The notes under the pieces: generated by a model | Databases searched by the model: none | What the model saw: the letters and a program-made list of their open reading frames with translations, nothing else | Told to the model about the DNA's origin: nothing | Position numbers and translations under genes: made by a program | Part shown: positions 1 to 8,994 of the stretch, one piece after another | Layout: each line of letters starts with the position of its first letter | How positions within the stretch are numbered: position 1 is the first letter of the stretch | DNA from: Octopus sinensis | Lineage: Eukaryota | Length of the DNA: 64,000 bases | Reading direction: 5' to 3' | NCBI RefSeq assembly: GCF_006345805.1 | Contig: NC_043005.1 | Coordinates: 13,578,001 to 13,642,000, forward strand

Positions 1-300
1 TAGGGCTTTCGGCTCACGATTGTAAGGTCGTGAGTTCGATTCCCGGCGACGCGTTGTGTCCTTGAGCAAGACACTTTATTTCACGTTGCTCCAGTCCACT
101 CAGCTGGCAAAAATGAGTCGTACCTGTATTTCAAAGGGCCGGCCTTGTCACACTCTGTGTCACGCTGAATCTCCCTGAGAACTACGTTAGGGGTACACGT
201 GTCTGTGGATTGCTCAGTCACTTGCACGTTAATTTCATGAGCAGGCTGTTCCGTTGATCGTATCAGCTGGGACCCTCGTCGTCGTAACCGACGGAGTGCT
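1..300 (+). mobile_element. tRNA-derived SINE family D (5' end cut by window edge)
   Basis: B-box gagttcgattccc; appears identical to 450..749. Confidence 0.85.
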
Positions 301-301
301 C

Positions 302-303
302 CT

Positions 304-396
<93 letters not shown>

Positions 397-425
397 CTAG
401 TAGTAGTAGCAGCAGCAGCAGCAGC
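302..425. repeat. (CAG)n/(TAG)n compound microsatellite (second array about 753..838)
   Basis: Direct reading. Confidence 0.95.
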
Positions 426-749
426 GTGAAGGCACGTGGCTTAGTGGTTAGGGCTTTCGGCTCACGATTGTAAGGTCGTGAGTTCGATTCCCGGCGACGC
501 GTTGTGTCCTTGAGCAAGACACTTTATTTCACGTTGCTCCAGTCCACTCAGCTGGCAAAAATGAGTCGTACCTGTATTTCAAAGGGCCGGCCTTGTCACA
601 CTCTGTGTCACGCTGAATCTCCCTGAGAACTACGTTAGGGGTACACGTGTCTGTGGATTGCTCAGTCACTTGCACGTTAATTTCATGAGCAGGCTGTTCC
701 GTTGATCGTATCAGCTGGGACCCTCGTCGTCGTAACCGACGGAGTGCTC
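425..749 (+). mobile_element. tRNA-derived SINE family D, full copy
   Basis: A-box tggcttagtgg, B-box gagttcgattccc; 3' half shared with family C. Confidence 0.85.
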
Positions 750-752
750 CTA

Positions 753-794
<42 letters not shown>

Positions 795-796
795 TA

Positions 797-837
<41 letters not shown>

Positions 838-838
<1 letters not shown>

Positions 839-1132
839 ATAAAGAGAATAGAAAGTGCCAGGTAATTGACTTTACAGTCCCAAATGATGAAAACATTAAT
901 ATGAGAAGAATAGAAAAAATAGCAAAGCACCAGGACCTAACTATTGACTTACTGGGACTATGGAAAGTGCGGGTAAAATGTATCCCAGTAGTCATAGGTG
1001 CATTGGGGACTGTCCCTAAAGATCTGAACTGATGGATAGAGGAAATAGGCATCAAACCCAGTTTAGTACAGCTGCAGAAAACAATGTTTTTAGAGATATT
1101 TTCTTTTCCAACAGCATAATTTGTTAAGTGTG

Positions 1133-1135
<3 letters not shown>
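838..1135 (+). mobile_element. R4/Dong-like non-LTR retrotransposon remnant, restriction-like endonuclease C-terminus
   Basis: DKENRKCQVIDFTVPNDENI…EKIAKHQDL…WKV…IPVVIGALGTVPK with an in-frame stop, followed by (AAT)n. Confidence 0.75.
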
Positions 1136-1199
<64 letters not shown>

Positions 1200-1793
1200 G
1201 CCCTGATGCATTATAAATGCCCTGATGCATTACATAAATGCCCTGATGCATTACCAGGCAGTGGCTCTTATGGCTTCTGATCTTAACTGATTGGAAGTGT
1301 TATCATGTACATTGTTTTGTCTTGGTATAAAAGATGGGCTACAGCAAATATTCTGCTCAATACCACAGATTTGCTTGTCAGGTGTTTGACCTTAACCAGT
1401 TGAGCATGTCTCTTAGTGGCTGACAATATGTGCATCTCTGATCACGAGCAGAAGTAGTGGGGGAGCATCATAGCCATGTGTTGAGAGGGATTCTTTGGGG
1501 TTTGAATAGTTCGCCTCTGGAAACATGGGTGGTTCTTTCAACATCCTTAAACAACCCTTATTCAGGGACCGTTTGAGCGGGATGGGCTACTCAACCTGAA
1601 GAAAATTCTAACTGGGCCCCACCTGCAAGGTCATGTGCTGTTTATCTTGATATGAGATCACCATGTCGCGCACATATGGTTGTGATGCATGTGCCTGGTG
1701 TACCTTTATCAGACGGGTAGTCATGATGGGTATATTGGGCTTCGTATATTTTACCCCAGTGTCACTTTGATGGCATGAACTGCTCTCTCACTC

Positions 1794-1827
<34 letters not shown>

Positions 1828-1990
1828 TCCATGATGCAGTATAAATGCCCTGATACAGTACCAGATAGTGGCTCTCATGGCTTCTGATCTTAATTGCTTG
1901 GAAGTGTTATCATGTACATTGTTTTGTCTTGGTATAAAAGATGGACTACAGTAAATATTCTGCTCAATACCATAAAAATTAGCAGGAAGT
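1136..1990 (+). mobile_element. (AAT)n-flanked 600-bp retroelement 3' module (about 1198..1795) plus a truncated second copy (about 1826..1975)
   Basis: Homologous to 16232..16730; ends ctctctcactc then (AAT)n; 5' end has three tandem copies of taaatgccctgatgcatta. Confidence 0.7.
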
Positions 1991-2724
1991 ATACACGTTA
2001 TACAGTATAAGTAAAAAAAAAGTACACAGTATATGTCAGTAAAATAAAAAAGGAAAAGGTGATAGCAATATGATCCTCCTGAGACAGAAGGGCCCATAGA
2101 GCCAATCGAGGAACCCCCACCATCCAGGAGCTCCCTGAACACCATGGGCAGCTGCCCTCCCCAATTCTTGTCCGACACACAGGTCCACAATTTCATTTTA
2201 CATTGCCAAATGTTTGTGTGCTTTGTTCAAGGTAATTATTATTTAAAGTGCAATTATTGCGTATACATAACTGTAATTGATGGTTTCAGGTACAATATCG
2301 TCCTTACAAATTTCTGATCTTATGCTAATGTGTGAAATCTGAATTTGCACCTGTCTCCTGTTACATTTTTATCTGTATATTACATTTTATTATTCACTAA
2401 ATCGTGTTGTCTTGCTGATGAACACCTATGACACCTATGACACCTATGTGATAAAAAAGATTTAGATGTTCTCACATTACAAGTCAACAGCTTGCTTGAT
2501 ACAACTCCATTAACGTTTTTACAGGGAGAAAGAGAGAAGGTAAGGATGGAAGTTAGGAAAACTAGAAAATAAAGATTAAGCTGGAATTTTGAATAAAAAA
2601 CGGTGGACGTGTCAAATAGGCATCCCACTTGTATTTTTTAAAAATTTGTTTTCAAAATTTTCTTCCAATTCCTGTTTTTAGTAACAAAGATTATAATTTT
2701 GTCAAAAAGAAAATAATAAAGGCA

Positions 2725-2939
2725 TTACTCTTTTACTTGTTTCAGTCATTTGACTGTGGCCATGCTGGAGCACCGCCTTTAGTCGAGCAACTCGACCCCG
2801 GGACTTATTCTTTTGTAAGCCCCAGTACTTATTCTATCGGTCTCTTTTGCCGAACCGCTAAGTGACGAGGACATAAACACACCAGCATCGGTTGTCAAGC
2901 AATGCTAGGGGGACAAACACAGATACACAAACACATACA

Positions 2940-3009
<70 letters not shown>

Positions 3010-3163
3010 TACGACGGGCTTCTTTCAGTTTCCGTCTACCAAATCCACTCGCAAGGCATTGGTCGGCCGGGGACTATAGCTGAAGACACTTGCCCAAGAT
3101 GCCACGCAGTGGGACTGAACCCGGAACCATGTGGTTGATTAGCAAGCTACTTACCACACAGCC
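2725..3163 (-). mobile_element. tRNA-derived SINE family A (internal TA/TG microsatellite)
   Basis: Head ggctgtgtggt…ggttcagtccc, tail cagtcaaatgactgaaacaagtaaaagag. Confidence 0.9.
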
Positions 3164-3399
3164 TTAAAACAAAAGTTTTTCAAAATTTCAATGGGTTGAA
3201 TATTTATTAGTGTACTCGTATATGTTTCTTACAGTCACATACATGTCTGTATTAAAAAAAATTTTTTTAACAGTTATGCTTTATTATATATATAACACGT
3301 ATGTATATGATACATATTATAATACAAAAGAAAAACAAAGAAAAAAGAAACAAAAAAGGAAGAAAGAAAATAAAGAAAAAAGCATCACTACAATACCAA

Positions 3400-3620
3400 G
3401 TACTTCAATTGCTCGCACACCACAAGGTTCAACGGAACCTACTGAAGCAAGTCAACCCGCTTGCGGCATCACGACGGGCGATGGCGAGGTTAAGGCGTTG
3501 GAAGTGTCTAGTACCCTCTCGCGCATCACCTGACACCTCAGTAAGACGACAAAACAACGATGACAAGAGCTTCGCCGTTAGGGGCCCAGTTCCTCCAGAC
3601 GTCTCAAAACTTTCTGCTAG
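3400..3620 (-). mobile_element. CRE-clade non-LTR retrotransposon C-terminal remnant
   Basis: FETSGGTGP…RLTEVSGDAREGTRHFQRLNLAIARRDAAS resembles the CRE ET.G.WG…QRLS.AIQRGNA terminus. Confidence 0.55.
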
Positions 3621-3632
3621 GTATAAGCCCTG

Positions 3633-3800
3633 AAATTTTAGGGGAGTGAGTAAAGTCGATTACATCGACCCCAGTACTCAACTGATACTTAATTAATCGA
3701 AAGGATGAAAAGCAAAGTCGACCTCGGCGGAACTTAGCGGCAGACGAAATACTGCTGAGCATTTCGCCCGGCCTGCTAACAGTTCTGCCAGCTCGCTGCC
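3633..3800 (-). mobile_element. tRNA-derived SINE family B, partial
   Basis: ggcgagctggcagaa head, gtcgatgtaatcgac dyad. Confidence 0.75.
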
Positions 3801-4204
3801 TTCCTCTAAACACCTCGGAAGTAGTGACCTTCCCAGTGATTTGCTTTCGATAATTTTCCAATTTTCATTTCGAGATCGTAAAACGAAATACCAAATATTT
3901 TCGCTTGCGTATTCGTGTAATCGTAATCTACTGCCTTTAAGACGTTATTAAAAGAAAAAATGAAAAAAGTTATTAGAAGATCGGTTAGGATCGGTGGTGT
4001 TAGTGGTGGTGGTCGTGGGAGGTAAAAATTGAAACTCTTTATATGTTAATCTATTCATCTGTTTGGAGACTCAAAATCTTCCGTTTTTGAAACATAATTT
4101 TGCAAAACAAATTCGAAATAATGCCGCAAAAAAAAAATAAAATAAAAAAGAGAGAAAGAAATTACTGAAAGCGTACTGGGACAATAAATTTTAAAAAATG
4201 AAGT

Positions 4205-4966
4205 TTTTGCAAACAACTTGCAATTGCAAGTGCTACCAGTTGAAAGCTCTGCATACTGGATGGTAGCAAACTTATGGAGTCATCGGGTGAGAATGCGCGC
4301 TGTATCGGGGCTGTTAACCTTGGTGTGTATACACAACAGCGAGAAAGCTAAACCTAAAGCGAGTTGCTGGGTTCGTATCAGTGTTGGTGGAGACGACGTG
4401 AAGTTGACGGACGACGATAAGCTAAAGCGTCGGTGTTGATGACGGCGTCAAAGTGAAGTAGACCATTGTGATGCGACGGTAGAGAAAGGCGACGCTGTAG
4501 TGAAGGCGACGGCGGAGAACGGCCCTGAGTTGATGTATGTTGGTGTTGGTGTCGACGCTGGCTGTAGCAGAAATATGGCTGGGTCGCTGGAACTGGTGTC
4601 GTCGCGGGAACTGGTTGGTCTGACGTGGTCAATGGTCAGAGTCCAAAGACCCCGATTCACTGGATCGTTGGATTTTTACAACATTCTAGAGACTCCAGAA
4701 GAAAACTCAAAAGACTGTGTCACATGATCTTATTGGAAGGTTCTTCTGATTGGTTGGTTCACACATTGGCGCGAAATAAGTCAAGAGACAAACTGCACCA
4801 ATGCCAACCAATCAGAGCAGTGGACACAACAGGGTTCAAATAGCGGCCAAAAGTTAACTGTCATCTGCTACATTATTTGTACGATCTCTCTCAAATAGTG
4901 AGGATATCACCGAGCTACGCTACAATGGTATTTGCATTACGATGAGTTAGGCCTAGTGACAACAAA
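4205..4966 (-). repeat. Unclassified CpG-rich dispersed repeat; shorter homologue at 30589..30888 (+)
   Basis: Shared ends taggcctaactcatcgtaa and tatgcagag…actggtagcacttgca…caagttgtttgcaa. Confidence 0.6.
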
Positions 4967-5030
4967 TATTCAAATAAGAATTAGAACATCGAATTTTCTT
5001 TTTTCCTTTTGCAGAATCGTAATTTCCGTT

Positions 5031-6011
5031 ATTACATCCAGGAAAGCTCCAAGGAGGGGAGGAAGGGAAAGAATAACATCCTAGATAGTTCCGAGGAAGG
5101 GGAGGAATAACTTCCTGGAAAGCTCCGAAGAGGGGAGAAAGGGTAGGAATAAATTCCTGGAAAGTTCTAAGTAGGGGAGGAATTACTTCCGGGAAAGCTC
5201 CAAGGAGACAGAGGAATAACTACGTGGAAAGTTCCGAGGAGAGGAATTACACCCTGGAAAGTTCTAAGGAGGGGAGGAATTACTTCTTGGAAAGTTCCGA
5301 GGAAGGGGAGGAATTATTTTCTGTAAAATTCCAAGGTTAGTGAGGAATTAATTACTTCCTTGAAAGTTCCGAGGAGGAAGAATTTCTTCCAGGAAAGTTT
5401 CGATGAGGTGGAGGTATTTCTTCCTGGAAAGTTCCAAGGAGAGGGAGAAGGAGAGGGATTACTTCCTGGAGAGTTCCGCGGATGGAGAGGAATCACATCC
5501 TGGAAAGTTCCAAGGAGGGGGAGGAATTTCATCCTGGAAAGTTCCAAAGAGGGGAGGAATTACTTCCTGCAAAGTTCCAGGAGGAGTAATTTCTTCCTGG
5601 AAAGTTTCGTGGAGGGAGAAGGAGAGTAAATACTTCCTGGAAAGTTTCAAGGAGGGGAGGAATTACTACCTGGAAAGTTCCGAGGATGTGGAGGAATTAC
5701 TTCCTGGAAAGTTCCAAGGAATGGTAAGAATAAATTCTTGGAAAGTTCCGAGGAGGGGGTGAATTACTTTCTCGAAAGTTCCAAGGTGCGGTAGAAAGGG
5801 AGGAATAACTTCCTGGAAAGTTCCAAGGAGGGGAGGAATTATTTCCTGGAAATTTCCAAGAAGGGGAGGAATTACTTCCTGGAAAGTTTCGAGGAGTAGG
5901 AAGCATTACTTCCAGGAAAGTTCCAAGGATGTGGAGGAATTACATCCTGGAATGTTTCAAGGAAGGGGAGGAAGAGGCGGAAGGGAAGAATTACTTCCTG
6001 GAAAGTTCTGT
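5031..6011. repeat. Purine-rich minisatellite, about 28-30 bp unit (GGAGGAATTACTTCCTGGAAAGTTCCAAGGAG), roughly 30 copies
   Basis: Direct reading. Confidence 0.92.
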
Positions 6012-6319
6012 AACGGGCAAACCTTGTATTCTGCTGTCCCCTATAATTGGACCATTTCCTTTTTCATTAATCCCTATTTACATAAAATTAGTTTCTAATT
6101 TCAGTACAAGGCTAGCCATTTTAAAGACTAGAGTTAGTCAACTGGATTGATTTCGGTATTTGATTAGTATTTATTTTATCAACTCCCGAGAGATGCAAGT
6201 CCAAGTTAACTACAGTGCGACTTAAACCCATATTTTCAACAAATGGAAGAAATACCACAAAGCATTTTCCGATACCAGCATGAAAATATAGTAGTTGTCT
6301 CAACAACGCCATTAATCTA

Positions 6320-6762
6320 AAACAGCTCAAAAGTCTCAGGCTTTGCTCCCTCCACTGCCGCTGGGAGTTCTGGAAAATATTCCATCAACATTGCCCATCT
6401 TTAAAATTCGTCCGAAGCTTGGTCCCCGTGCCATCTGCCCACTACAGAAATGTTCGTGTCGTATCACAACACTATGACTGAACTATTTCACCCCAATTGG
6501 CCCTGCTCTCTTCAACATCGTGCCAGACACACATAAAGAAGAAACATATCTTCACGGTATTCAAACGATCCCTAGATGATTATCCCCAACAAATACCAGA
6601 TAAACCACCCGCTCCCAGATATGTCTCTGAAAACAATAACTCTCTGCTTGAATGAGCTACGGTTCCCCAGAGCTGACTGTGTATCTCTTCCAGGTGGTGC
6701 TATCAAATTAGACATGGCCTGAGTCAACTTCGGCCGAAACTTATCTAAGTAATCTAATCTAT
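6320..6762 (+). mobile_element. Decayed CR1-type LINE 3' end
   Basis: GPALFNIVP…FKRSLD…IPDKP…NSLL pattern across frameshifts, tctaa-type tail. Confidence 0.6.
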
Positions 6763-7355
6763 GCTGTAACCTTTTAATTAAAGCATGACAACGTGGGTAG
6801 AGGCTGATATCTTAACATTTCTGATGGTCTCAAGTATAAAAAAATTATTTAAAGATCTATATAGAACTACATTCAGAGTATGTCTATAAGCTATTGTGTT
6901 TAGACTTGGTTTCTATCCTCAAACTGTTCCGTTTTGTAGATGCAATTTTTTTTTAAATAAAGCACTCCGAAATGAGTAAAATCAAAAATCTGCAACAATC
7001 TCGGTCCCATGAGTATCGGATAATGAATTTTCAACTGTGTAAAGAAACTGATTGTGGTGATCGTAGTTTTGATGGTGGTTGTGGTGAAAGCTGAGACTGT
7101 GATGATGATGATGGTCGAGATAAGTATGGGAGGAGGATAAAATGGTATTGGTGGTTATAATGGGGACTGGAGCGGTGTGATGCTGAGGTGATGGTGTTAA
7201 TAGTTGTGTTGATGATATTGTAGTGGTTATATTGGCCGTAGAGGTGAAAGTGACTGTCAAGGTAACCGTCATGATAACGTTGATGGCGGTGTATGTAGTT
7301 GAAGTGGAAACAATGACAATGCTGCTGATGATGTTGGTGGTTGTGGTGGTGGTGA

Positions 7356-8010
7356 TACTTACTTGTACTTGTGACAGCGTTCACCAGGGGCGGGTTGAGC
7401 CGTCTTCTTCTCTGGTCCTACGGCATCAGGAACCATGGCGGCCCACGCTCGACGGCCCTGTGCGAGGTCACTGGAGATAGCGAGCCATTCGCGGTTCCAT
7501 CTGCGCAGACCGACCACCTGCGGACCTGAGAGCTCAGAGAGGTCCTCCTTTATCGTCGTTGCCCAGGTCTTCAGCTGCCCGCCCGTGCGTTTGCGCCAGC
7601 TGGGAAGTAGAGGTGGGAGGAGGACATCATGAATCAGCTCGCCCTCTGGACGCCGGGCAGAATGACCGAACCACCTTAAGCGCCGTTGTAGAAGCACTGA
7701 AGGGAGGGACCGGAGATTCAGGCGATGACAAAGACCGGCTGTAGGAACCCGATCAAAGCGTCGGCAGCGAAGCATGCGGCGGAGACAGTCATTGTCGAAC
7801 ATCTCCAGCCTTCGCTGATCGACTACCTTTCATAGGCCATGTTTCAAAACCACAGAGGAGGATAGTACGAACGACGGCCTGATAGATTCGCCCTTTGGTC
7901 ACCGAGATCTCTCTTCTGTCCCACAGGCACTGCTGGAATCGCACAAATGCGGATCTGGCAGCACCTATGCGACGCTCGGCCTCGGCTGCGCCCTGGCCCG
8001 TTGGAACCAC
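7356..8010 (-). mobile_element. RTE-clade LINE 3' fragment
   Basis: IYQAVVRTILLCGFETWP and RRLRWFGHSARR…KTWATTIKED; CAAGTA tail. Confidence 0.88.
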
Positions 8011-8065
8011 GTTGGTGGTGATGGTGGTAGGATAGTTGTGGTGGTGATTGTGATATGGTGGTAGT

Positions 8066-8325
8066 GGCGAGCTGGCAGTAACGTTAGCACGCCGGGCGAA
8101 ATGCGTAGCCGTATTTCGTCTGCCGTTACGTCCTGAGTTCAAATTCCGCCGAGGTCAACTTTGCCTTTCATCCTTTCAGGGTCGATTAAATAAGTACCAG
8201 TTACACACTGGGGTCGATTAAATAAGTACCAGTTATGCACTGGGGTCGATATAATCGACTTAATCCGTTTGTCTGTCCTTGTTTGTCCTCTCTGTGTTTA
8301 GCCCCTTGTGGGTAGTAAAGAAATA
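8066..8325 (+). mobile_element. SINE family B with a small internal duplication
   Basis: gagttcaaattcc B-box, tail gtgggtagtaaagaaata. Confidence 0.88.
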
Positions 8326-8421
8326 TTTAGTGGTGGTGGTCATTGTCGTCGTCATTGTAGTACTGCTCCTGCTGGTTTGGCGGAGGTCTGCACTCTCCGA
8401 GTGCTTTTCTAGTTTGATTAG

Positions 8422-8502
8422 CTATGACTTAAAGCTATGATTTAGAGCTATGACTTAGAGCTATGACTTAAAGCTATGACTTAAAGCTATGACTTAGAGC
8501 TA
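8422..8502. repeat. 13-bp tandem repeat (GCTATGACTTA[A/G]A) x about 6
   Basis: Direct reading. Confidence 0.9.
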
Positions 8503-8546
8503 CACAACATAAGCAGGACATTTGTAAGGTAGCTTAATATTTCAGC

Positions 8547-8557
8547 TTTATTTTATT
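8547..8557 (-). terminator. Candidate polyadenylation signal (overlapping AATAAA x2)
   Basis: AATAAAATAAA on minus strand about 360 nt after the stop; AATAAA is common in this AT-rich DNA. Confidence 0.3.
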
Positions 8558-8914
8558 ACTTTTTTTTTTCATTTTGTAGTATTCACTTATGATGTATAAA
8601 ACATAGTTAGTAAAAGATAAATTTTTTTTCAAGGGTAATTAATTACCATAAGCAAACAGTTCAATAGATTATAGTTCAAAAAGTTAAAACAGATGTGCAA
8701 TAGTAAAATTAGATGAAGCACTCTTATTTTCTTTTTTTTTGTTTTTGTTTTGTACATGAATGATATCCATTGATTTTACACACGTTGTTGGATTTCTAGT
8801 TTTAAGTTAAATTCTATTTGTTTTGCAAGATAGCTTTAGATTTATTATGATAAAAAAATTTGAATACATGATTGCATGAAAAAGGAAGCTTTTAAGTAAT
8901 TATTTAATGAGGTT

Positions 8915-8994
8915 TTACAGTCTTGTATTCATTTTGTCCCCATCTGAATTGGTAACCTTTGAACTCACTGCTCCACTACTAGAATCAGAATTAT
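8915..8994 (-). CDS. aGPCR terminal coding exon ([25 protein letters not shown])
   Basis: Strong acceptor tttctgttttcag, phase 1, Ser-rich tail ending NTRL-TAA. Confidence 0.82.

Noticed and set aside
2415-2460. CTGATGA followed by (ACACCTATG)x3
   Set aside because: No intact GAAA or stems; at most a dead relic.
3210-3633. Plus-strand Lys-rich ORFs
   Set aside because: A-rich tract plus the antisense strand of the CRE relic.
5031-6011. CRISPR-like appearance of the 30-bp repeats
   Set aside because: No unique spacers, eukaryotic context, no cas genes.
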